From contig NW_026262745.1 of assembly GCF_021869535.1 (NCBI RefSeq), positions 32,736,001-32,800,000 of the forward strand: a DNA stretch of 64,000 bases, written 5' to 3'. The notes below the pieces were generated by a model that saw only the letters and a list, made by a program, of their open reading frames with translations, was not told the origin of the DNA and ran no database searches. The position numbers were made by a program, and so were the translations under genes. Positions 53,001 through 64,000 of the stretch are shown in pieces (position 1 is the stretch's first letter; each line of letters opens with the position of its first letter). The DNA comes from Mytilus californianus. Its lineage: Eukaryota.

Positions 53001-54047
53001 TGTTTCACTTTGCTCCATGAGATTTGTTTGTCTCGAGGTGACTTATCTATTCTGAAAGATATTGCATAAATTATGCCCCCTTTGTATATACGTTTTTTTT
53101 AATGATATTCAGATCGTTATTTGCAAAAGTACGTAAGAAACGAGTGTGTCATTTTTCTTAATTCAAAACATGTAATGAAAGCTGGTGATTGCAAATATCC
53201 GAGTTGATTCCTATTATTATAATTATTTGGTTGTGTTAAAAACTGTGTGTTCATTTAAAAAGTGCGTTTCGTCTACAAAAGACTCATCAGTAACGCTCGA
53301 TTTAAAAAAGTTGAAAAGACCAAATAAAGTACGAAGTTGAAGAGCATTAAGGACCCAAAATTCCTAAAAGTTTTGCCATATAAAGCTAAGGTAATCCATT
53401 CCTGCGGAAGAAAATCCTTAGTATTTCGAAAAATTCAAAGTTTTGTAAACAGTTAATTCATATTTATGACCATCCATATCAGTGATAATTCATGTCAATA
53501 TAGAAGTGCTGACTACTGGGCAGGCGATACCCTCGAGGAGAAAAACTCCACCAGCAGTGGCATCGACTCAGTGGTTGTAAATAAACTCATCAAAGATACC
53601 AGGATTGAAATTTTGTACGCCAGACGTGTGTTTCGTCTACAAAAAACTCATCAGTGACGCTCCAATCAAAAGAATATAACCAAATTTTCCACAATTTTTA
53701 ATATAACGTATATATGAACCTTGAACGGCTATGATTACAGTGTGGTTTGAATACTTAGAATTGCATTATATGCAAATTTACTTTAATGTAAATACAAGGA
53801 AAACCAAATAAAAAACAAGCAAATCTGAAATAAATCTACGTCAAATGTTCTGTTGCAGGCATACGCCATACCGTCATTTGCCTGATCATCAGACAGTTAA
53901 ATCAACCTAAGATAAAGACAGGCTTTCTGATATTTCACGTTACTACCATGATGTAAAAAAAAGGTTATAAGTCTTACCGTTATCCGCCAGACCACCACTT
54001 AGTAAAAATAGAAGAATTATCAAAAAGTTATAGTACACCATCATCAT
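50036..54047 (-). CDS. Small type-I membrane protein, array copy 4 (79 aa); exons 54047-53978, 52236-52183, 51189-51093, 50054-50036
   Basis: All GT-AG, phases 1,1,2, 240 nt. MMMVYYNFLIILLFLLSGGLADN-AFTTDIPSTSPPPPPHVK-DSLNTKHTWLIAGIIFALLFIAGVITRVVLIV-RRRRGG*. Exon 2 start (ttgtag|CTTTTACT) and exon 4 start (tag|GAGAAG) are identical to copy 3. Confidence 0.8.
50870..50985. repeat. Representative copy of the most abundant short interspersed repeat (ttgttgaaggccgtacggtgacc...gttgtctcattggcaatcataccacatc)
   Basis: Recognisable copies or parts near 7220, 12440, 18770, 35220, 40690, 43070, 57550 and 63350, in both orientations. Confidence 0.85.
51768..52042. mobile_element. MITE with about 25-bp TIRs and TAA target-site duplication (PIF/Harbinger-like), in intron 2 of copy 4
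   Basis: taa|gggaacgaccatttaacttcaagggg ... cccctgaagttaaatggttgctccc|taa. Confidence 0.8.
52351..53030. repeat. 38-bp tandem minisatellite (ttacattgctcggttagattcgtttgtagcgtcgtgtt), about 18 units, in intron 1 of copy 4
   Basis: Direct 38-nt periodicity, more homogeneous toward the 3' end. Confidence 0.92.
53262..53662. repeat. About 400-bp interspersed element bounded by a 37-bp direct repeat (gtgcgtttcgtctacaaaagactcatcagtgacgctc)
   Basis: Repeat copies at 53262-53298 and 53626-53662. Partial relatives near 60760-60870. Confidence 0.6.
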
Positions 54048-54864
54048 GAAATGAAAAAGTGTATTATACGTTTTATCGTATTGTTGTTCAGGAAACCAAT
54101 AATCACATGTAGGAAATATCTTGTCAATACTTTATTTTTTGCATTTTACATTGCGTTTTTTTCAATTAATGATGCAAATCAGCATAACCTGTATTTATCA
54201 TTGAAAATTTATAACAATAAAATAGTGCAGTTTTACATAGCAGTCAGATATGGGATTCAGAAACAAGTTTGGGGAAACTTTTATAAATCCGTCTCCCGAG
54301 ATCGAAATCATCTCTTAAGTTTGAATGATCACATATTTAGGAGAACGGTTACGGTTGAGTAGTTGGTTGAAATACAGTTCGTGTCCACAACTGTTACGCA
54401 TGCTTTATTCACACTAAGTCTGTTCCGCTTTACTCACAATGATCTGACAACGCTCCGTTCTATCCTCTCTGTTTTGTAATTAATATACCAGCCAATGAAA
54501 TTCTGCCTCCAAATTATATGAAGTGGTATCATTAAGACAAAATCAAAGCATTCCGAAAGGTATACCAGAAAGTAGAATGTCGTTTTATTAGATCCTTGTT
54601 AGCAAAGTGTAGACACAGGATTTGTATTTCAATAAGACAGGTACTTTCCTAACAAATCTGATCAGATCTGGAACTGATCAAGGATTTCATAGTCAGATTG
54701 TTTATCCTCGTCAATTTTCAATTCAATATATTTGCTTGAAGCACAGGTCTTCCATGTGTGACTAGACTAGATGAGATGGGAAATTTGATAAATCGAGAGA
54801 AAACAGAACAGAAAGAAAGAACAGAACAGAATAAAGAATAAGTGAGGTAGAATCAACAAATTAT

Positions 54865-55330
54865 CTTGATGATATTTTTTCGTTAAATAATCCAGAGTTC
54901 TCTAAATATACTACCGGAATTTACCCAAAGGAACTTACTTTGAATAAATCTAACATAAACAGCAGTAGTGTCCTTTTGTAGATTTAGACATTCCAATTTT
55001 TAAAGCGAAACTCCATACTAAAATTCACAACAAAAGAGACGATTTTTATTCCCTATTGTTTAATTTTCCTTTTTTAGACGGCGATGTTCCTTTGGCTCCA
55101 TCATACGGTGTTTATATATCCCAACTCGTTCGTTATGCCCGTGTGTGTAGTGATGTCATATATTTTAACGAACGTAATCAATGCATCACTGGTAAATAAT
55201 TAAGTCAGGGATTTCGTTACCATAAATTACTTAAAACTTTTACTAAATTCTTTCATAGATACAAAGAGTTGATTAGTAAATTTGGCTGTACCTGTAGAAA
55301 ACTTATTAAAAACGATATTTCACATCCTAA
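54865..55330 (+). mobile_element. Penelope-like RT C-terminal fragment; continues at about 56330-56520 after intervening insertions
   Basis: DDIFSLNNPEFSKY...YPKELTLNKSN...KRDDF...NFPFLDGDVPLAPSYGVYISQLVRYARVC...KTFTKFFHRY; continuation SNIVLKARKALCDPCKLIEPLNKLISKGY. Confidence 0.85.
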
Positions 55331-58300
55331 AGGATATTTGGCCCCGATTATAAAGTTCAATGTTGCAAGATGAAAAATGTTTTAAGTTGACTTAAAGACA
55401 TGTGAGAAAGTTAAATAGAACTTGTTGTGTCAAATATTTATTCTAAAGCGTTGATTTTTACATCCCAAATAGGTCAAGATACGAGATTTTGGCGAAATTT
55501 GACAAAATCGGTCGGTTTTCAACCAAAATTAGGAACAGGAAACATAGAGCACAGGCGTCGACAAACTAAATATTCAAGTTAGAAATGTAAAATGTCTATA
55601 CAAACATTGTTTCAAAAGATCTTTTTTGTCGACGTATGCGCTCTGTGTTTCCTGTCCAATAAGTAATGCAAATTTGCCGATTTTCTTTGATTTTTTCCTG
55701 TTGGTGACCTTCTGCTGTTGTCTGTTCTATGGTCGGGTTGTTGTCTCTTTGACACATTCCCCATTTCCATTCTCAATTTTATTTTTTACAGAGTTTGTCT
55801 TTAGTGCCGTGTGGAGACAGTAGAGTGCCTCCCCATGCTTCAGGTTTATGCTCTTATAATATACTAGATTATGGAGTGTGTGTCCGAGCGAGAACTTCTT
55901 TAGTTCATTACTTTAGGAAACCCCGCCGCATTTTTGCGCCTGTCCCAAGTCAGGAGCCTCTAGCCTTTGTTAGTCTTGTATTATTTTTAATTTTAGTTTC
56001 TTGTGTACAATTTGGAGTTTAGTATGGCGTTCATTATCACTGAACTAGTATATATATTTGTTTAGGGGCCAGCTGAAGGACGCCTCCGTGTGCGGGAATT
56101 TCTCGCTGCATTGAAGACCTGTTGGTGACCTTCTGCTGTTGTCTGTTCTATGGTCGGGTTGTTGTCTCTTTGACACATTCCCCATTTCCATTCTCAATTT
56201 TACTATTTGTGACGTCAGGAATAAAATGTAAGTACGTAATTTTTTTCAAAAGTCTTATTTCCTATCTAGTCACTGTATTAGCTATGATTATTGTGATATT
56301 GGTCAATAAATCCTTATTTGAAATTTAAGCTAAAAAACGGGGTCATTTTAGGGCCTTATCGAACCTACTCCTCTTACAGTAATATTGTACTAAAAGCGCG
56401 GAAAGCACTATGTGATCCGTGTAAACTCATCGAACCTTTAAACAAACTTATTAGTAAAGGTTATCTTACCAATGTTGTAATTAGATCTTTGAATATAGTG
56501 GCACTAACATCGATTTTGTCATCAGCAAATTAACACGTAACTAAATTTGTATTCTTTTCAACCGGTTTTTGGGATGTATAAATACACATCCACGTTCATT
56601 TTCTATATAGAGATTACTCTATCTATATATTACATTATACATATTTATCAACAGGTTAACTCCTAGCTATCCTACTTCATGTCGATACTTTTATTTTGGC
56701 ATTGCACAAGTCAAATGACGTTAAAACACTAAATCCCTGGGATGCTTTTTAGTTGATTTTAGTCTCTGCTGCATGATTTTTTATTATTAATTGTTTTTGG
56801 CTTTTAACTAGCTTTCAGTAACTGCGAGTACTCTCAAATCGTACTTTCGTGTTAATTTGACCTGTTGATACAATTTGTAATGTGTTTTTGTTATTTAATG
56901 TCTACTTATTTAGTGTTATATCTCGTCTCACTATTTTTGGTATATACCACCTTTGATAAGTGTTTAGTATGACGATAAATTTTCACTTTTGTTCTCGTAC
57001 TAGGTACAACAAAATTTTTTATTTTGTAAAAATTATTTCCGTACTCCATGTATACCTTACAACAAAAATTATTTTTATTTACCTGTGTACGTTATTTTAT
57101 TTGGCGGCATTTTGTCCAAGGTTATGGTTGTCTTTCTGATATTGTTTTACATCTAACCCCCGTGTTTTATTAATTTTGTATTTACATTGTGTCATAGATC
57201 AAATTTATTCGTTTAGTGTATGTTCACTTGTTTTTGTTAATATGTCTTTTGATTGAGTTCAGCCATTTCAATTGATATTTTATAGTGTGTCTTTCTATGT
57301 TGTGATGTTACACTATTGTTTCAGGTAGGGTGAAAGTTGGCGCCTATAAAAACGTTTAAACCCGCTGCATTTGTTTGCACCTGTCCTAAGTCAGGAACCT
57401 GATGTTCAGTGGTTGTAGTTTGTTGATGTGATTCATAAGTATTTCTCGTTTCTCGTTTTTTATATAGATTAGACTGTTGGTTTTCCTGTTTGAATGGTTT
57501 TACACTAGTCATTTTTGGGGCCCTTTATAGCTTGCTGTTTGGTGTGAGCCAAGGCTCAGTGTTGAAGGCCGTACTTTGACCTATAGTGGTTTACTTTTAC
57601 AAATTGTGACTTGGTTGGAGAGTTGTCTCGTTGGCACTCATACCACATCTTCTTATATCTAAGAATAGAATGGAAATGTTTTTCAAATATTCTCCTTGGC
57701 ATTTCGATATCTAATTTCTTTTAAATAAATGTCTATTTCTATTTAACTGAGATCAATTGCACTATTTATCAAGTCGTATTTGACATTACTCAACCAAAAA
57801 CTTGGTTGTTGATATGAATACTTCTTAAGAAAAACGCATTTTTGGAAAGAAGTTTCTTATTTACCAATTATTTGTTCTTTTCCATTTTATGTTCCAAAAC
57901 GTGATTAAACTTTCAAATAGTTTTTTTTTGCACGCCTTTACATAAAGTGTACATCTGATATATTTTCAAAATGTAATGCATACATCTATATCAACATTCT
58001 GTATTATTATCATAGCACTATTTTGTTATTTTGATTTTTAGGACATTTTATTTTTTGTATTAAGAAATGTATAAAGAGGTAAATAGAGAGGAATAGATTG
58101 CAAAGTAATAGAAAACTGTGAATAAAATAAAAAAAATATGTTTTACCATAAGATACTTAAAACCTTCTGACATGCTTATTGAAATCTACTCAGTCGGTAA
58201 GGATGAGCTGCCGATACAACACCAAAAGTGTGTGAGGACCAGCAAACGCATTAACGAACGAACGAACGGACGGACACAACTATCACTGTACATCCGATCA

Positions 58301-58999
58301 GGGAGGGGCATAGATCAATAGAAAAGAACTTGTTATCAAATAAATTACTATTTACATTTAAATACATAACAGTATGTATGATAATGAGAAACCTGACATG
58401 GTGCAGGGAAATAAATTAAGAACTTATAGACGGTTTTAAAATAATATTGGCCATGGATTATATTTACGGTATCATTACTGGTATATTTCAAGAACTTATC
58501 ATAATTTATTCAAGATTTCATTATGCATACTTAATTCTTCGTCATTTAAGTCTTCTTCTGGCATGAGTTTACTTATAAATTTATTTTCAAGGTGGAATAA
58601 ATAAGTGCAAGATTATACGTTTTGTAACTTTATGTGTTTTTCAGCTATGATACATGTAATAACTATAAATGAAAATAACTTCAACACAAGGAAAAGGTTA
58701 CTGTAAAACATTGTTCAATCCAATAATTTTATTTGCAAAGTACATATACATGTATCAAGTCAGCACTAAGAGAGTCTATCGCCAATTTTCCATTGATAGT
58801 CATTTGAGATTTTTCCAGATCTTGTACTGATACGTATTTTGGGGAAGAATATACCCATAGAATTACATAGTACACACATATATACCTTAAGTTCTCTTTT
58901 ACTGACCTTCAAGTCTTAGGCTTGTTTGACCATTTTCAAATTGTCATTAAAGCAAAATAAGAGCATGGTTCTATCTAAGAGTCAAATTATTGTAGTTGA

Positions 59000-59380
59000 T
59001 GTAAATATATTCCATTATATTTGAACAAACCAACAAAATGAAGATGAGAACAATTATCTACCACCAACCGGAATTTCACATAGTTCGATATGAATATCCA
59101 GATGAACTTATGATATGTTTTTTCTTCATTTTGACGTCTTTGTTGTTGTCATATTCTTTCCAGGATTTTTTAAAGGAGGCGTAATTCCCGAAAACAGGAA
59201 ATAAGCAGAAGATATACTGCCTACCGGAGCGAAGCGAAAAATATTTTTTTGTATTTTTAATTTTTATATTTTCCAATAAAAGGAGGCGTACGCCCTCTAC
59301 GACCCTTTGAATATACCACTGGCAGATCATATGTGTTTTTGTGGATTAATCAGGTCGGTTGTTTTGAATTGTTTCACATT
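59000..59380 (-). pseudogene. Array copy 5: remnant paralogous to copy 3, with stalk exon, TM exon and the start of the tail exon deleted
   Basis: 59000-59163 aligns to about 40190-40355 (tail GKNMTTTKTSK* retained, stop at 59126-59128). 59159-59380 aligns to about 42819-43040. The junction has TCCAG microhomology. Confidence 0.75.
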
Positions 59381-62300
59381 TTTTGACAATCGGAAAGTTG
59401 AAACCACCACGTTTGCCTTCAATAAAAGTTTGGAATCTTTTAGATCAAGATATGAAGCAGACCTTTTAGTTTTAATAGCATTCTTAATCTAAAATTAACT
59501 GGGATATATGAGATGCAAGCACTCACTGAAAAGTGGGTTATTTAGTGGTATTACATCATCAATATATCTGTAAGTGGCCAGAAGGGGTCCATACATATAG
59601 TAAGATTTCAAAGATCAAAGTCTTTTCTATATTTACAATAACTCGTAACTGTTCAACGATGACCAAAATGTCAACGAGGTTAAACTGGGTACTTTTAAAA
59701 GGATATGTGTTTTAATTTTTATTTCTGCAGAATTAAATCAATATATATATTAATTAGTAAGTATGTTTGGCATTTTCTATTAATATCTGAATGCTCACAT
59801 CTGCGTCTGATGGATAGTTGAAAATCATACCACATCTGCTTATTTTTATTAAGGTAAGAAAATACCCCAAAATGTTTTATTACATTCATATGACATTAAG
59901 AATCTATAAAATATCAACTTTAAATAATCTTTATGAATAGCAACATTTCAGCAGCTCCTGTATTATAGATTTGAATGCTGTCGGGCTTTTAAAAATATAT
60001 ATGTCATGAAATCAAGTAACTATCACATTTTTAGCTTCCACGCTTCATGCCAAATGTGAAGGTCACTAGCTTTTATTTCGTATAGATTTAAAAAAAAACC
60101 AGGTTATTCAATTCTGAATTTACAGATCTTCGTAATGAAATATATATATATGTAATTAAAAAAGAGACAGAAAATACCAAAAAGAGACATTCAAACCTCA
60201 TAAATCAAAGAGAAACTAACAACACCTTGGCAAAAAAAACAAAAACGAACGACTACGAAAAGACAAGTCCACAAAAATCTACTTAGAAAACTATATAATG
60301 AGCAATTCTGACCTAACCAAAATCTGTGGGGATCTCAGGTGCTCCTGAAGTAGATTCATTCCAAGCAGTGGCATCATGCTGCCAAAGGTAAGTACATTTA
60401 AAAACACCAAATATCGGCAGTAATTGTGTACAGAGATACAAACAGCATAATTCCAAGTGAATTTAATTCGTCGTATAATTGAATTTTAAACAATAAAGAT
60501 TTCAATTTCAAAGTATTTAGCTCATTTAATTTTAATCAAATTTCAATAATTATTATACATGTATATCATAAGATTTATAGTTTTCATAACACGTGATAAT
60601 TTGATATCAAGAGATATCCCATTATCACGAGTTTTTAAACCTATTTCTCTTATAGTAAAAACTAAAATTTAGTTGAAATATTTTTGAAATCGCTAGCTTC
60701 ACTTCAAATATAAGTTGAGAATATTATGTCATGAACCAAGACAAGTGTTCAATAACACATTCAACTTCGTACTTGTTTTGGCCTTTAACTTTTTTTTCGA
60801 GCATCACTAAATTGAACTGTTCCGTGTCTCGTGTACAAAATTATTAGTCTGGTATCTTTGATAATATTTTGTGGGCTTTAGAAATCAAATCTGATAAAAA
60901 AAAAATAGTGTCAGGTGAAACATGAAAGAGAGCACAACTATCCATTGCCAAGGATCAATTGTTACCTTTGCGAGTCATCTTTCAGCTAAGGAGTAGCCTA
61001 ACGAATGGATATGTTACCATTTTGTTACACATTGCACGATAGGCAAAACTAAATTAACGCACTTATTAATATCACACTTTCGTTCAATGTGATGCGAGAA
61101 ATATCTCTTCATGCGGGAAACAGATAACAGGCCAAACTCATAAGAGAAATCATTTCATTGTAACACATTTCTATCATTTTTCATTTACAATATATATTTT
61201 TTCAAATTTATCATTTTTAACGAAGTACACGAATAATGTGTAAAATAGTGTTGGTTAAGTAAAAGAGCAGATGTAAAAATGCTATATTGGGTTGTTTTCA
61301 TACACATAGGTTGTTTTCATACAAACTGAAACCATATGACGGAATAAAATTATTCATCTTTCAGCCAATACCAGATCAGCATTTGTGTGAAATAAACACC
61401 TACGTTAAATATATGGAGTATGTATGATACTTGATATGATATTAAATTTTTACTATTAACAGACGTTCTTTTGCCCTAACCACCATGAAAGATATACTTT
61501 AAATCCATAAAAAGAACCATAATTTCCATAACTAGAGGCTCTAAAGAGACTGTGTCGATCATCTAGGTCTATATACATCTTGCACATTGGACACTCTCCA
61601 GCATTTTGGACTACAATATAACTGATGACCAAAATCTCTTGTCTTGTTGATCATTTTTGTTTTTTTAAAGTGGCTATCTATCTATGACAGTTTTCAAGAT
61701 AATAAGCAGAACACCAAAAATTGGTAAAAATCGATATTAAAGAACAATTACTCCAATAAGGAGTGACCTGATAGTTTCTGTCTATATATAGACTTATAAA
61801 CACAAAAAGAAGCAAAGATCGTTACATTTTTGTAGCATGGTTGTTAACAAATATTTTGCGTGTTTGTCTTATATCTGATTGGGACCATGCTGACTTACTT
61901 GTAGATCTTGCTTGCTGATAATTTTTGCTTATTTAAGCTTCAATCTATCTATCTAGTATATTTTGTCAGATTTTAGGCAAAAACGCGAAATATTGGTAAA
62001 ATCCTCATTTAAGGGTGATAACTCCAATAAGGGGTCGTCAAATTATATCAACCATTCCAATTATTTGAAGATCTTGTCTTGCTGATCATTTTTGTTTATA
62101 TAAGTTTCTATCTATAATTATTGATAGTATTTTCTCTTAACGATTCAGAGGAATCAATTGAACCAGGGAAAGCTTCAATACTACAATATTTTTTACAACA
62201 ACAAAAACAATCAGAATATGAATCATCTCTTGGATCAGAACTACCAACAGTCTCTGCAATTGTATCATCTGCGATGATCTCACAATGTGCACGACGTCAA

Positions 62301-64000
62301 AACGATACATTAAAGCATATTTTGCTATGTCAAATGAATACAAAGTGTTTGTAAAACCACCCAGGGACCAATTCTCAGAACGAGCCATTTGATATGTAAA
62401 ATTTTTATGAATTTACATTTAATGAAAGTTATAGTCACACAACATATGAAATATTTAAAAGAAATATATAAAGTTGTTTAAAAACTAAAATGATTATCTT
62501 TTTTTTTTTATAAATGATGATATGGTAGAAACGTTATATCAATCTTCAAGGCAACTGCTCGTAAAGAATATATGTTTTCATTGAAAACATTATCATGAAT
62601 AACTAAGTTTGAAAAAATTAATAAAAATATTTCACTCACCAAAATTAAAATAAAGAACAATAGGCAGTCAAGCAGGTAACAGTTAACTCTTACAGTAGAA
62701 ACACAAATGTCTTCACACGAAAAAAAAATTCAAAGAAGGTTCATAAAGACTCTTATAAAGTTGTATACACTGTAACGAATACAAATTGTAATGGATAATG
62801 TTTTGTTTTAGCATACCAATTTAAGGGGCATGTGTCCATTTGAAATATTTTAAATTTTGACATATCTGTGCATTTCACAGCTGACAATACAGTATGGGTT
62901 CTGGGCATGTTGATTGATTAATTGGTGTTTAAAGCCACTTTCATCACTATTGGCTATTTCGTGGCAGTCAGTATTCATTGATGGAGGAAGCCAGATGCGT
63001 GGAGCCACCGACCGTGGCAGGATAACTGACAATCATATTCAACTAAGATTATAATTGAACACATCTGCCTTGTGCCTGGTTTGAACTAACAACCTCAGTG
63101 TTGACAGGATATGCCCATTTTTAAAAGCCTAACAGTGTCATATAGCTGCAAACATTTACATCCTCATCAGTTCATATCTTGTGGATATCTGTTTCATTTG
63201 CAATTATACCACATCATCTCATTTATATATATACAAAATTTAAAAAACAGCACCAATAACAACCCACCAAAATTACATCAATCAACAGTAGGTAAAATGA
63301 TAATACTGACATATTATATATGGGCCTGTTATACCTGACTATACATTATGGGTTTTGCTCATTGTTGAAGGTTGTACAGTGTCCTTTATATATAGTTGCT
63401 AAAATCCACATCATTTGGTCTCTTGTGGATATCTATATCTCATTTGCAATCATACCATATCTTCTCATTTATGACCTGTCAAGTTTCTATGTTTGCATTA
63501 TTTTGGACTAAACTCAATGAAACATGTCAAACTATCTTGTTACTTTCCTGTTTATTTGGTTTCTTATTGTATCATTTTATGACTTGATAAATTTGTATGT
63601 AGTTATATAGAAATTCCAAAATCTTTTGTAATATAGTTTTCAACCAGTTTAGCAATTTGTCTAGCTTTCAGATGCATACATTGCTCTTGTTTATCCATGT
63701 TATACCGAAGAAGTATGTTTTTATGCCAAAAAAAAACTTTTTTTCCAAATTCTTGCTGACTACATTAATAGAGGTGTGCTCCTCACACAAACACTGCTCC
63801 AATAGAGTTATGAGGAAGAACGAATGAAATCGACACTAAAGACGTTTTACTGTCACCATCACAAATTGGTTGACCGATTCGATGTGTAAGTATCTTAACT
63901 CACTAGCGACACGTTTTCGCTTTTGGTTCTTAAGATACCAGTAAAGTCTCATAATATTTTATTTAACCGATTGAGTCCTATTCCTGATTGTGACATATTT

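Noticed and set aside
55626-56328. Two ORFs sharing VTFCCCLFYGRVVVSLTHSPFPFSIL
   Set aside because: Two copies of a common interspersed repeat inserted into a PLE fragment; not a gene pair.
59076-59330. 84-aa minus ORF
   Set aside because: Chance frame across the deletion junction, fusing a repeat element to 3' exon/UTR sequence in a different frame from the copy 3 tail.

Overview
AT-rich eukaryotic genomic DNA with spliceosomal introns. The repeat landscape resembles a bivalve mollusc such as Mytilus (inference from repeat families, not verified). Exons reconstructed by hand from splice sites and reading phase give: (1) a 3-exon + strand gene for an unrecognised 366-aa protein (3985-10211); (2) a class-A peptide-receptor-like GPCR ORF (15024-16691) with an unusually large (~190 aa) third extracellular loop; (3) the main result, a minus-strand tandem array of small type-I membrane protein genes that the ORF track essentially misses. 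There are four apparently intact copies (103, 137, 82 and 79 aa) plus a deleted fifth. All share the layout signal-peptide exon / S-T-P-rich stalk exon(s) / 91-97 nt transmembrane exon / very short tail exon, with intron phases 1-1-2. The stalk has diversified by exon duplication and by internal repeat expansion. The rest is transposon debris: several Penelope-like RT fragments, a gag-only LTR element, a second gag remnant, a Tc1 remnant, a LINE 3' end, tRNA-derived SINEs, a Helitron-type element, a MITE and minisatellites. All gene models are predictions from sequence only; repeat boundaries are approximate unless stated.
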